DNA of 64,000 nucleotides, taken from assembly GCA_965279515.1 (NCBI GenBank), contig CBDIID010000003.1, positions 2,784,001-2,848,000 of the forward strand, written 5' to 3'. A program made the translations under genes and the position numbers. Positions 9,676 through 19,716 of this stretch are shown piece by piece. This stretch comes from Turneriella sp. Lineage in GTDB: Bacteria > Spirochaetota > Leptospiria > Turneriellales > Turneriellaceae. Under the pieces are notes generated by a model. It did not search any database and was not told where the DNA came from. It saw only the letters and a list, made by a program, of their open reading frames with translations. Position 1 is the first letter of the stretch. Every line of letters begins with the position of its first letter.

Positions 9676-11029
9676 GACTCTGCTTAAGAGCCGGCGGGCC
9701 GTCATTGGCAATGAAGTCAAACCCGCGGCGGTCATGATCGACGGCGAAATGATTACCGATATTCTCCCCTATGACGCGGCTTTAGGGTCGACGGGTATCC
9801 ATATCATCGACTACGGCGACCTCGCTCTCATGCCCGGCGTCGTCGACACGCACGTGCACATCAACCAACCGGGCCGCACCGAGTGGGAGGGCTTTCAGAC
9901 GGCCACCGCCGCCGCCGCAAAAGGCGGCATCACTACCCTCGTCGACATGCCGCTCAACTGCGACCCGGTCACCACAACGCGTGCGGCGCTCGAGGCAAAA
10001 CTCAAATCGTGTGCGGGACTCTTGCATGTCGATTGCGGTTTTTATGGCGGCGTGATTCCCGGCAACCTGAACGACCTCGAACCGCTGATCGATGCCGGCG
10101 TGCTCGGCTTCAAGAGTTTTCTTATCCATTCGGGCATCCACGAGTTTCCGCACTGCGGCGAAGCCGAACTGCGCGCGGCGATCCCGATTCTCAAAAAAGG
10201 CGGAGTCCCCTACCTCATGCATGCGGAGTTGGAGTCCCCCTCCGCCTCCGGCGCCTCCCCCGTAAACGGGGGAGGCCGGATGGGGGACAATCGTTCGTAT
10301 GCTACCTACCTAGCCTCGCGCCCGCGCCGCTGGGAAAATGATGCCATCGAACTTATGGCCCGCCTCGCGGATGAGACCAACGCGCACCTGCATGTCGTGC
10401 ATCTGTCGTCGTCGGATGCCCTCACGACGCTGGAAGGTGCGCGCAAAAAAAATATCCCGCTGAGCGTCGAGACCTGCCATCATTACCTGACGTATTGCTC
10501 CGAAGAGATTCCTGACGGCCGTACCGAATTCAAATGCGCGCCGCCGATACGCGAAAGAGAGAACCGCGAAAAACTCTGGGCGGCGCTGAAAAACGGCACG
10601 ATTGATTTTGCCGTGTCAGACCATTCGCCGTGCACGCCTGAACTCAAGGCCGCCGAATCGGGCGATTTTATGAAAGCGTGGGGCGGCATCGCCGGATTGC
10701 AATTCAGCCTCTCTGTCTTCCACACGGGGGCATCCGCCCGTGGTCTTTCGCTGGCGCAGATCAGTCATTTTCTCTCGGCGGCGCCGGCGAAATTTGTCGG
10801 CCTGAAGAACAAGGGCGCCATCGCGCCAGGCATGGACGCCGATCTCATTGTTTTCGATTCAGGAAAAAAATTCCGCGTCGAGCGCAGCGACATAGAACAC
10901 CGCCACGATGTTTCACCCTATATCGGTATGGAGCTTTTAGGGCAGGTCAAAGAAACCTGGCTGCGCGGCGTCTGTGTACATAAAGAGGGAAAATCCGTCG
11001 GCCCGGCGGGCAGGCCAATCTTACGCTAA
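9668..11029 (+). CDS. allB: allantoinase
   Basis: PGVVDTHVHINQPGRTEWEGF, FKCAPPIR, SDHSPC and AWGGIAGLQ. Overlaps the puuD stop. Confidence 0.95.
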   Translation: MSKTLLKSRRAVIGNEVKPAAVMIDGEMITDILPYDAALGSTGIHIIDYGDLALMPGVVDTHVHINQPGRTEWEGFQTATAAAAKGGITTLVDMPLNCDPVTTTRAALEAKLKSCAGLLHVDCGFYGGVIPGNLNDLEPLIDAGVLGFKSFLIHSGIHEFPHCGEAELRAAIPILKKGGVPYLMHAELESPSASGASPVNGGGRMGDNRSYATYLASRPRRWENDAIELMARLADETNAHLHVVHLSSSDALTTLEGARKKNIPLSVETCHHYLTYCSEEIPDGRTEFKCAPPIRERENREKLWAALKNGTIDFAVSDHSPCTPELKAAESGDFMKAWGGIAGLQFSLSVFHTGASARGLSLAQISHFLSAAPAKFVGLKNKGAIAPGMDADLIVFDSGKKFRVERSDIEHRHDVSPYIGMELLGQVKETWLRGVCVHKEGKSVGPAGRPILR

Positions 11030-13107
11030 TGCTCAAAACTGCCTGAACCGATGAATTCGCGCAGAATCGATGTTGAGGGTACATCGTCGGGCGAGACCGC
11101 GACGAACTGTTCGAGCAGTTGCCGCAGGCGAAATGCAGTCGCGTACGACGGGCTGTGCGGCGGCACTTCGAGCAGGTAGCGGTCGGCATAGACCTTGAGC
11201 ACCGACATCTCATAGATCAGCGAAGTATCAAACACGGCATCAGCCCGGTCGACGTGCGGAAAGATATAGGCGTGCTCGCCCGCGCGCACATCGCCCCAGC
11301 GCCGGATGTTATCTTGCGTCGCGAAACCGCGCTGGCGGCGGTCGCGCACAATACGGCGCAACAGGCGCAGGTCAGAGGGATTCACATGGCTGACCTTGTC
11401 GATCGGCAGCGTCAAGAGCGGCTGAATGAAGATGCGGAACACGTGGTTCGCCGGCACAACATCGCTCAAAAGTTCAGGGTTGAGACCATGGATGCCTTCG
11501 AGCACGAGCAGCTTTTGCGGACCGAGTGTGATTTCGGGCCCTGCCGTGTGTTCGCAGACGCCGGTGCGAAAATCGTAACGCGCGGTTTTTTGCGGCCTGC
11601 CTGAAACCAGCGCCTTCAAATGTTCCGCCAAGAGCTGCAGATTCAGCGAATGTATAGTTTCGAAATCTTTCTCACCGCGCTCGTTGAGTGGCACATCGTC
11701 GCGGTTATGGTAATAGTCATCGATCGAAATGCCCTCGGGAATGAGTCCGTTGATGCGCAGCTGAATCGAAAGCCGGCGAATAAAAGTGGTTTTTCCGGAA
11801 GATGAGGGCCCGGCAACGCAGACAATCTTGATCTCGGGACGCGCCGCAATCTGGTCGGCGAGCGCTGCCAGCCGCTTTTCATGGTAACCCTCGGCAACGC
11901 GAATAACTTCGCTGACCCGGCCATCGACGCAGGCGCGGTTGAGCGCGCCGAGGCTATTCAGCTCGAAGGATTTCAGCCATTGCTGGCTCTCTTGAGAAAG
12001 ACGCGCAAACGAGGAAAATCCGGCGGTCACCGTACTTTCAGCGCCTGAAAGCAGAATGAGGCTTGAGCCATTGGCTTTGATGCGGAAGTCGCCGACGAGA
12101 CCGGCATGCGGCAAGAGCGGCCCATTGTAGATCGCCAGCATTCGGCCGCAGGTCACGAGGGGCACGTTGAGCATGCGCGCGGTCTGCAGTAACTGCACCG
12201 CGTCGACCTGACCGCGCTTTTCGAAATAATTGAGTGCTTCATCGATATTCCACCACTCTTCACGGAAATCCGCATGGTGCTGTATCAGCTCGCGCATGCG
12301 GCGCGTGAGCTTGTCGGCGATTTGTTGCGGGGTCAATGGATGGCCGTGCGGCAATTCAAGCCATTGCCCGGCGCCGACGCCGAAACCGAGCCGCAGCGAT
12401 AATTTAGGCGTAATTTCTTCTGCCGCCTCCATGAGCAACAAAGCGAGCGAATGGCGGAGCACACGCTCGCCCTCCCAGTGTGCGCTGGTCAGAGGCTCGA
12501 CGTCGACGTCGGAAAATATCTGCGTATCGAGCGAACTGACCCTGCGGTTCACGAGCGCCGCGACGACGGTTATCCCCGAAACCTGGGCAGGTAGAATATC
12601 CCGCACGAAAGTGCCGGTCTTCACTTCGCTGACAGAGCCGTCTTCACGCGTGACTTTAACCTCTGCCTGCCGCGGCAGAGAACGTTGCCGCAGAACCAGA
12701 TCGAGGCTTTCTGTGCGCTCGACCAGCTGGCGGCCCAGCGTCGCAATAAGGCCCGACATGAGTTTCACAGCAAGCTGCGGCTGTGAGGCCTGCAACTCTT
12801 CAAATCCCTTACGGTTGAGGCGGGCCAGCCGCAGGGATGTCTCGGCCCTGATGGTCGCGGCGCGGGGCCGGTGGGCAATGAGGCCCAGTTCGCCGAAATG
12901 ATCGCCCGGCTTCAGCATGCCGAGCTCGAGATCATGCTTGAACATACGCACCGTGCCTGAAAGCACGAAGTACATGTCATCGGCGGCGCTGCCGAAATGC
13001 ACGACTTCTTCGCCGGGTTTAAACTCAGGGTATTCGAAATATTTCCCGAGATCTTTTCTTTCTTCTGTATTGAGGCCGGCGAGCACATCCACGCCTTCGG
13101 GAAGCAT
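11026..13107 (-). CDS. cNMP-binding domain + ThrRS-N-like + uridine/nucleoside kinase fusion
   Basis: N-terminal FGELGLIAHRPRAAT (cNMP domain). C-terminal AGPSSSGKTT, SIDDYY, LEGIHGLN and RLLRRIVRD. Confidence 0.88.
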   Translation of the reverse strand: MLPEGVDVLAGLNTEERKDLGKYFEYPEFKPGEEVVHFGSAADDMYFVLSGTVRMFKHDLELGMLKPGDHFGELGLIAHRPRAATIRAETSLRLARLNRKGFEELQASQPQLAVKLMSGLIATLGRQLVERTESLDLVLRQRSLPRQAEVKVTREDGSVSEVKTGTFVRDILPAQVSGITVVAALVNRRVSSLDTQIFSDVDVEPLTSAHWEGERVLRHSLALLLMEAAEEITPKLSLRLGFGVGAGQWLELPHGHPLTPQQIADKLTRRMRELIQHHADFREEWWNIDEALNYFEKRGQVDAVQLLQTARMLNVPLVTCGRMLAIYNGPLLPHAGLVGDFRIKANGSSLILLSGAESTVTAGFSSFARLSQESQQWLKSFELNSLGALNRACVDGRVSEVIRVAEGYHEKRLAALADQIAARPEIKIVCVAGPSSSGKTTFIRRLSIQLRINGLIPEGISIDDYYHNRDDVPLNERGEKDFETIHSLNLQLLAEHLKALVSGRPQKTARYDFRTGVCEHTAGPEITLGPQKLLVLEGIHGLNPELLSDVVPANHVFRIFIQPLLTLPIDKVSHVNPSDLRLLRRIVRDRRQRGFATQDNIRRWGDVRAGEHAYIFPHVDRADAVFDTSLIYEMSVLKVYADRYLLEVPPHSPSYATAFRLRQLLEQFVAVSPDDVPSTSILREFIGSGSFEH

Positions 13108-13221
13108 GCGTCTAAACCGAACCCCAACACGCGGCGGCGAGTAAGTTCATTAGCGCGCCAGGCTTGGCTGTTTTTCTATTTACGCCCGCCGCGGCCCAAA
13201 CCCTTATCGCAGGCAAAACAT

Positions 13222-14436
13222 ATGTCAAACTATATCGAACTCGCAGAGACAGCCTTAAAGCGGGCTGACGAGCTTGCCCAATGCACCGAGGTACCGGGTA
13301 TTCTCAAGCGCACCTTCATGTCTGACCCGATGCAAAAGGCACATGGTCTGGTGCGCAGCTGGATGCAAGCGGCGGGCATGTCGGTGCGCGTCGATGCACT
13401 CGGCAACCTGATCGGCCGCTTACCTGGCAAAACCGAAAAGATGTTTTTGACCGGCAGCCATCTCGACACCGTGCCCGACGCGGGTAAATACGACGGCATG
13501 CTGGGTGTGCTGATCGGCATCGCCGCGGCTGAAGCCATCGGCAAAGACCAGTTGGATTTCCACTTTGATACCATCGGCTTCAGTGACGAAGAGGGCGTGC
13601 GTTACAAAATGCCCTACCTGGGTTCGCTCGCCATCAGCGGCCTCTTTAAAGAAGAGTATCTTGCCCGTGTCGATGAGAAGGGTATCACGATGGCAGACGC
13701 CATCAAAAATTTCGGCCTCAACCCGGCGGATTACCCCAGTGCTGCGTACAATTTCGCCGACGTGAAAGGTTTTGCCGAAGTACACATCGAGCAAGGCCCC
13801 GTACTCGAAACGGAAAGTCTGGCTCTGGGAGCCGTGACTGGTCTCGTGGGACAATCCCGCATCAAACTCTATTTCAAGGGATTAGCCAGCCATGCGGGCA
13901 CAACACCGATGCCGGGTCGCCGCGACGCCTTTGCCGGGCTCAGCGAACTCTCCGTTTTCGTCGAAAAGTATGCCCAATCGGTGCCCCACCTCGTTGCCAC
14001 GATCGGCATGGCGCAGATACGCCCCGGGGGGGCAAACGTGATTCCGGGCGAAGTCTATTTCAGCCTTGATATACGCCACGGCGACCAGCAGACGCTCGAT
14101 AAGGCCACTGAAGTCATTTTACATGAGGCTAAAACGATCTCAAGCGCTCGTAAGATCAAAATGGAGATCGAAACGCAAGAGGCGCAGGCGGTCGTTAAAT
14201 GCGACGATGGCTTAGTTAATAAAATGGCCCTGGCTATGGAAAAACACAGCCACAAGCCATTTCGCCTGGCCAGCGGGGCGGGTCACGATACGGCCATTCT
14301 CTCCAAAGTCACGCCGACCGCCATGCTATTCATCCGCAGCCCGGGCGGTATCAGCCACAACCCGGTCGAGACGGTGAATGTCGAAGATGTGGCCGAGGCG
14401 ATTCAAGTCTTCGTTGAATTTTTGAAATCCGTTTAG
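13222..14436 (+). CDS. allC: allantoate amidohydrolase (M20 family)
   Basis: GSHLDTVPDAGKYDG, FSDEEGVR, EVHIEQGP, HAGTTPM, SGAGHD and GGISHNP. ATG 13222 preferred as start. Confidence 0.88.
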   Translation: MSNYIELAETALKRADELAQCTEVPGILKRTFMSDPMQKAHGLVRSWMQAAGMSVRVDALGNLIGRLPGKTEKMFLTGSHLDTVPDAGKYDGMLGVLIGIAAAEAIGKDQLDFHFDTIGFSDEEGVRYKMPYLGSLAISGLFKEEYLARVDEKGITMADAIKNFGLNPADYPSAAYNFADVKGFAEVHIEQGPVLETESLALGAVTGLVGQSRIKLYFKGLASHAGTTPMPGRRDAFAGLSELSVFVEKYAQSVPHLVATIGMAQIRPGGANVIPGEVYFSLDIRHGDQQTLDKATEVILHEAKTISSARKIKMEIETQEAQAVVKCDDGLVNKMALAMEKHSHKPFRLASGAGHDTAILSKVTPTAMLFIRSPGGISHNPVETVNVEDVAEAIQVFVEFLKSV

Positions 14437-15587
14437 GATTCCACCGCGAATTTTAATCCGGCATGCGCTTCGAGGCGTGCGACGAGTGGCCCCGCCATGA
14501 CACCGCCCGGCGTAAAACAGCCACCGTCAGATTCGACATCGAGCAGCGTCAGCGCCGCTTCAGATATCATCTTCGAAGTCGAGCCATAGCCGGGGTCACG
14601 GTCGCCCTTGACCGAAGCTTTAATTATACCGCCGTCGGGATATTCACCGGTGAAGAGCACATCGTAGAAACCGTTTTCTCTTTCTTCTTTAGATGGGCCA
14701 TCGCCGGGCTTGAGACCCTTTCCGGAAAACGGATTGGCTTTCGCTGCGGCGTCGACGAGAGCGCGTGCGGCCTCGCCCAATGTTGTGAGCATCATTTCAT
14801 CGTAAACGAAATCGGTGCCGTACTGGTGCTTCAGTAGAAAATTGGTACGGTGCACGTTCTTCGTATTGATCGGCGCCATCACAAAGGGAGCCGCCCAGAC
14901 GCCCATGGTCTTATCGTATTCAGGAACCAGGCCCGACGGCTGCGACGGGCCGGTAAAGCCCGGCGTCAGCGCAAAGGGATTATTCAGCAGGCCCAGAATA
15001 CCCGGGTCTTTGATCGAAGCTTTCAGCGTGGCCTTCATACTCGCCATGGTACCGCCCGAAGCGCCGCCCTGCATCTTGCGCACGCGGCCCTTGACGCGCG
15101 GCGCAGGTTTGCCGAATTTCTGGATGGCTTCTTGTTGCAAAAACCAGACGCCGAGATCGAACGGAATTGAATCGAAACCAGCGGAGAGCACAATACGCGC
15201 GCCGCTTTTCTTCGCCGCCTCTTCATGCGCATCGATCATCTGCCGCGCCCAGGCGGGCTCGCCGTTGAGGTCGAGGTAGTCGGTGCCCGATGCGGCGCAG
15301 GCGGCGACGAGCGGAGTACCATAGAGCTGGTAGGGACCGACGGTGGTTAAGACCGAGCGGGTGCGGTTACACATCGCGGCCAGCGATGATGGGTTCTCCG
15401 CGTCAGCGGCAATGAGGGGGATGTCCTTCGATGCACCTACCGCATCGCGCACTTCGGCGAGTTTTGCCGTGTTGCGGCCCGCCATTGCCCAACCCTGGAT
15501 GCCGCGCTGTACAAGGTACTCGGCGACAAGCCGACCTGTAAAACCGCTTGCGCCATAGACGATGATGTCGAATTCTCTTTGTGCCAT
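14433..15587 (-). CDS. saccharopine dehydrogenase-like oxidoreductase / trans-acting enoyl reductase family
   Basis: YGASGFTG, TVGPYQLYG, GFDSIPFDLG and GDRDPGYGST. Confidence 0.9.
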   Translation of the reverse strand: MAQREFDIIVYGASGFTGRLVAEYLVQRGIQGWAMAGRNTAKLAEVRDAVGASKDIPLIAADAENPSSLAAMCNRTRSVLTTVGPYQLYGTPLVAACAASGTDYLDLNGEPAWARQMIDAHEEAAKKSGARIVLSAGFDSIPFDLGVWFLQQEAIQKFGKPAPRVKGRVRKMQGGASGGTMASMKATLKASIKDPGILGLLNNPFALTPGFTGPSQPSGLVPEYDKTMGVWAAPFVMAPINTKNVHRTNFLLKHQYGTDFVYDEMMLTTLGEAARALVDAAAKANPFSGKGLKPGDGPSKEERENGFYDVLFTGEYPDGGIIKASVKGDRDPGYGSTSKMISEAALTLLDVESDGGCFTPGGVMAGPLVARLEAHAGLKFAVES

Positions 15588-15669
15588 GGGTTATTTTAAG
15601 GAGGCGATTACTCGTGTCGCCACAAATTCCCTTAGGATGTAGCGTTCAGATTTTTAACGGAGAAAATTC

Positions 15670-16566
15670 ATGCGGCTAAAAATTCCGATTGTTTTTATTA
15701 AGCCATTTTTTATCCTTTTGCCCTTGCTGACCGTCTGGGCAGGCTTCGAATACTTTCAGATCCGGAAGAAACTGAATTATTCTACACAACACCCAGATTC
15801 ACGAAAGACCCCGGCGCTGGCCCTACCTGATGTGCAAGGCAAACTGCACCGCCTGGATAAAATCAATGCCCCAGGAATCGTCGTATTTTGGGCATCCTGG
15901 TGCGGACCCTGCATTGAAGAACTGCGCAAACTCGAAAAACAGGATTTGGGAAGCTGGAGTTATCTTGCTATAAACTCTGCGGATAATCGGGAAGACGCCG
16001 AAAAATTTCTTAAAAAAGAGAAATTTCAAAAACCGCTGATCTTATTCGACGACAAGGGGGAAATTTCCGGAATCAAGGGTTATCCCAGTGTCTATGCTTC
16101 CTTTGGCAATGGTGTTTGGGCGGGACCAATGCTCTGGGGTGATTTCGATGAGGTCATCACGGAGGTGAAGAACACCTTGAGTCAAACAGACTATAAGCCG
16201 CTGCAGGAATCCCAAAAAAGAAGGAGCGAGTATTTCGAAAATGCTGCATGGCACTTCTACTACGCTGTGACGAACTTAGTAGGCGTCGCATATATGCTCA
16301 TTTTACTTTTTCTAATGCGTAATGTAGTGCGCCGGACCGTCTTTCTTCGCTGGGTACTTCTCGCCTATCTCACGATATGTATTTTGGAGTCCCTGAACGT
16401 TTTTAGTATAAAGGAAGTCTTTGGGAAAGGAAGCCATTCGCCATGGCGGATAGTCATCTATCTTTATTACAGTCCATTATTCTGGGGAGCATGGGTTAGT
16501 TTGGGGATCCTGATCTACTTGCGTCAGTTCGTCCCGGCTACTAAACCTGAAAATTCCTTGTCGTAG
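15670..16566 (+). CDS. TlpA-like thioredoxin with additional C-terminal membrane domain
   Basis: FWASWCGPC motif, N-terminal TM, about 3 C-terminal TMs. Confidence 0.8.
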   Translation: MRLKIPIVFIKPFFILLPLLTVWAGFEYFQIRKKLNYSTQHPDSRKTPALALPDVQGKLHRLDKINAPGIVVFWASWCGPCIEELRKLEKQDLGSWSYLAINSADNREDAEKFLKKEKFQKPLILFDDKGEISGIKGYPSVYASFGNGVWAGPMLWGDFDEVITEVKNTLSQTDYKPLQESQKRRSEYFENAAWHFYYAVTNLVGVAYMLILLFLMRNVVRRTVFLRWVLLAYLTICILESLNVFSIKEVFGKGSHSPWRIVIYLYYSPLFWGAWVSLGILIYLRQFVPATKPENSLS

Positions 16567-16590
16567 GGTAGCAAGCCACTAACGCGAGCC

Positions 16591-17841
16591 ATGTCTTCTA
16601 TCCCCAAATTCACCATCGACGGCAAGCGCACTGCCGACGAACTCGAAAAGCTCGCGCGCTTTTCTGACCACAAGTACCCCGCTGTCACGCGCATCATCTT
16701 CACCGAGAACGATGTTAAAGCGCGCAATTATTTTAAGTCTCTGGCGAATGAAGCGGGACTCTCTGTGCGCGAAGACACGATCGGTAATATCTTTGTGCGC
16801 CTCGAGGGTTCGCAAAAAGACGGCGCGATCGGTACCGGTTCACACTGCGACGCGGTACCTTTTGCAGGACGCTTCGATGGTACGGTGGGAGTTTTCGGCG
16901 GCCTCGAAGCGTTGCGCGCGCTGAAGAATGCCGGCTTTAAGCCGAAGCGCCCGCTCGAAGTTGTCTTCTTTACCTCTGAAGAACCCACGCGCTTCGGCAT
17001 CGGCTGCATCGGCAGCAGAATCATGTCAAACACCATTACGATGGAAAAAGTGGCTGCTCTGCGCGATAAAGACGGCCTCAGCTTCGACCAGGCGAGAGAA
17101 TCGGCAGGGTATAAAGGCGCAGTACAAGACTCTATCCTACCTAAAGGTTATTACGATTATTTCTGCGAGCTGCACATCGAGCAGGGCCCTGTGCTCGAGC
17201 GCGAAAAAAAGCAGATCGGTGCTGTGACGGGCATCGCCGCGCCCGCTTCGTTCCGTATTCACTTCACGGGCGAAGGTGGCCACGCAGGGGGAGTTCTCAT
17301 GCCGGCGCGCAAAGACGCCCTGGTGCCGTGCGCTATCCTCATTCAGGAGACTGAGCGTCTCGCAAAGTCATCGGCGAGCCCTGACACTGTCGGCACCGTA
17401 GGCGTGGTGAAAGTGCATCCCGGTGCGATCAACAGTATTCCAGCGAAAGCAACGGTAGAGTTCGACATTCGCGACATACGCCTCGATACGCGCGACCATG
17501 TTGTGACCGAGGTCAAAAAACTCGCGCAGAAGCTCGCCGACGAGCGCGGCTTGAAAGTGGAAATCGAAGACATCAATTCCGATCCGCCGGCGGTTTCTGA
17601 CGAGGCCATCCTCAAAATCACGGAAAAGGCCGCGGCAAATTATGGTTATTCGCATATGCGTCTGCCGAGCCGCGCCTACCACGATTCGCTGTTCATCGCG
17701 CGCATCGCGCCGATGGGTATGATCTTTGTGCCCTCAAAGAGCGGTTACAGCCACCGCAGCGACGAGTATACCTCGCCTGAGGAAATCCAACGCGGCGTCG
17801 AGATGCTGGCGCAGACTATGGCCGAACTTTCACTGCTGTAA
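16591..17841 (+). CDS. Zn-dependent M20 hydrolase, probable ureidoglycolate amidohydrolase
   Basis: GSHCDAVP, FTSEEPTRFGIGCIGSR, ELHIEQGP, GGHAGGVLMP and SRAYHDSLF. These motifs resemble plant-type UAH rather than AllC. Confidence 0.8.
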   Translation: MSSIPKFTIDGKRTADELEKLARFSDHKYPAVTRIIFTENDVKARNYFKSLANEAGLSVREDTIGNIFVRLEGSQKDGAIGTGSHCDAVPFAGRFDGTVGVFGGLEALRALKNAGFKPKRPLEVVFFTSEEPTRFGIGCIGSRIMSNTITMEKVAALRDKDGLSFDQARESAGYKGAVQDSILPKGYYDYFCELHIEQGPVLEREKKQIGAVTGIAAPASFRIHFTGEGGHAGGVLMPARKDALVPCAILIQETERLAKSSASPDTVGTVGVVKVHPGAINSIPAKATVEFDIRDIRLDTRDHVVTEVKKLAQKLADERGLKVEIEDINSDPPAVSDEAILKITEKAAANYGYSHMRLPSRAYHDSLFIARIAPMGMIFVPSKSGYSHRSDEYTSPEEIQRGVEMLAQTMAELSLL

Positions 17842-17842
17842 C

Positions 17843-18250
17843 TTGGCTTCGTACCAAAGTTTCATTTTCTCAGCAGAGACGGCGCAGGTGTTCTGGCCCA
17901 AAGCACGGGCCGCTGTGGAAACGTATTGCCGCAAAGCCGGCCGTCCCGTTTCACTGATGGCCGATACGAAACGAATGCGCGTCGAGTATGGGCGTGAAGA
18001 ATATTATTTTTATCTTAGCCTCTTTGAGGGTGAGGCCGCGCTGGCTGAGTCGGAAGATATTGCCAGAAGCCGTCTATCCCACCCTTGGGCCAAAACCGTT
18101 GCAAACTGCGCTTACCGGATTGAATTTTCCGGGGATGACGACCCCGACATGGATTATTTCAACGAGTACTTTGCCTTAATGGAAGAGCTCGTGCAAGGTG
18201 CCGGGGCTATTGTTTTTGATTACCCAAGCGGCAAGTTCTTCGGCACTTAG
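17843..18250 (+). CDS. hypothetical protein
   Basis: In-frame TTG 1 nt after the upstream stop. Acidic C-terminal half. Confidence 0.6.
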   Translation: MASYQSFIFSAETAQVFWPKARAAVETYCRKAGRPVSLMADTKRMRVEYGREEYYFYLSLFEGEAALAESEDIARSRLSHPWAKTVANCAYRIEFSGDDDPDMDYFNEYFALMEELVQGAGAIVFDYPSGKFFGT

Positions 18251-18293
18251 GTTTTTTTGACACCTTGCATCGGCATCGGGCGTACATGAGGCT

Positions 18294-18878
18294 ATGCAAA
18301 AATTATCATTCACCCTGATTTTCGCCATTTTCATCGCCGGATGCGGCAAGGGCAAGGGTTCTGCGGCTGGCGCGCTCGTGGTACCCGCATTACCGGCAGA
18401 TTATACTGCCTTAGACTTAACCCAGACCGGCCTCAAGGCTACCGTGAAGGCACCTGCAGGCGCCACAGCTGAAAAATCTACCCTCGATGACAACGAGGGT
18501 AAGCGGCCCTATTACATCGTGCGCGCATTTTCGATTCCGAGCGATGCCGCGAACCCGGACAGAACCGCCCAGGCGAAATTCGATATCTATTCGACGAAGC
18601 GGCCCTTTGGCCAGCACCGCGAAGAAGTCAAATTCAGGCCGACCATCGGCTGGAAAAGCTGGCTCAAAGACGAAGGCGAACTGATCGTCTTTGCGGCGCG
18701 GCCCGGCAATTCGATCGGCCAGCCGATACGCGAAAAAGACAGTGAAGTCTATCACTTCATGCTGCTGCGCCAGGGCGCGGATGGCCAGCACTACATCGTG
18801 GCCTCTAGCTCGTCTATGGATTATACGAAGGATGAAATGCTGAGACTGCTGGCTATCGCCCAGTCGCTGAAGATCTGA
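18294..18878 (+). CDS. hypothetical lipoprotein
   Basis: Lipobox IAGC after a hydrophobic signal. Confidence 0.75.
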   Translation: MQKLSFTLIFAIFIAGCGKGKGSAAGALVVPALPADYTALDLTQTGLKATVKAPAGATAEKSTLDDNEGKRPYYIVRAFSIPSDAANPDRTAQAKFDIYSTKRPFGQHREEVKFRPTIGWKSWLKDEGELIVFAARPGNSIGQPIREKDSEVYHFMLLRQGADGQHYIVASSSSMDYTKDEMLRLLAIAQSLKI

Positions 18879-18880
18879 CC

Positions 18881-19234
18881 TCAGCGCGCCGCAAGGGCGC
18901 GCAGTGCTTCCTCTTGAGACGCATAGATGGAGACATAACGCGTGATCTGCACAAGATCGAGCATTTTTCTGACATGCAGGTTCGCGCCAAAAATGCACAC
19001 GGAGCCGGAAACGGGGCTAAGCAGTTTCAGCAGCGAGAATAAAACGCTGACCGCGGGGGAGTCGATCGCTTCCATTTTAGTCGCATCGACCAGAAAGGTG
19101 CGGCCGCCACCCTGAACCCGGGCCGTGAGTTCTTTGCGCAGCGCCTCGGCGCTTTCCATATTCATGTCGCCGGAGGTACTGAGGATCAGGGTCGTCGGAT
19201 CAACGGCGTGGAATTCTAATGTAAACGCCTGCAT
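18881..19234 (-). CDS. STAS-domain anti-sigma factor antagonist
   Basis: SGDMNMESA, VDATKMEAIDS and YASQEEAL match the SpoIIAA/RsbV pattern. Confidence 0.88.
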   Translation of the reverse strand: MQAFTLEFHAVDPTTLILSTSGDMNMESAEALRKELTARVQGGGRTFLVDATKMEAIDSPAVSVLFSLLKLLSPVSGSVCIFGANLHVRKMLDLVQITRYVSIYASQEEALRALAAR

Positions 19235-19265
19235 CGTTCATAATACGAACGGGCAGGCTTGGGGG

Positions 19266-19670
19266 TTACAGGCCGGCGATGCCGGCTTTGGCGACCTGGG
19301 TATCTTGCGTCGAAAGCGCGCCAGAGACGCCGATCGCGCCAACGATCTTATCGCCTTTGACAATGATCTCTCCGCCTTCGACGGGAATCACATTCGGCAT
19401 GCCAAGAATCTTGAGACCCGCGCCGCCCTTTTCGACAGTCTCTTCAAAAGCCTTCGTGGCACGCTTGAATTTTATCGAGGTCAGTGCCTTGGCCTGGCAG
19501 ATTTCAATCGAACCCAGCTGCGTGTTATCCATCTTTTCGAGCAGCACGAGATTCGCGCCCGAATCGACGATGGCAATCGCCATGTTCCAGCCGTTTTTCC
19601 CGGCCTCTGCCTGCGCAGCCGCGACAATTTTTTTCGCATCGGCAAGTGCGATGGGTTCACCGTAAGTCAT
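19266..19670 (-). CDS. GlcG/HbpS family heme-binding protein
   Basis: AIAIVDSGANL, KALTS and GAIGVSG. Start ATG 19670. Confidence 0.88.
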   Translation of the reverse strand: MTYGEPIALADAKKIVAAAQAEAGKNGWNMAIAIVDSGANLVLLEKMDNTQLGSIEICQAKALTSIKFKRATKAFEETVEKGGAGLKILGMPNVIPVEGGEIIVKGDKIVGAIGVSGALSTQDTQVAKAGIAGL

Positions 19671-19716
19671 GGGTAAATAAAGATTGCCGCGCACAGGCTG
19701 GCAATCGCAATAAGCA

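Noticed and set aside
12997..13221. Extended N-terminus of allC
   Set aside because: Overlaps the divergent gene. ATG 13222 gives a typical length.
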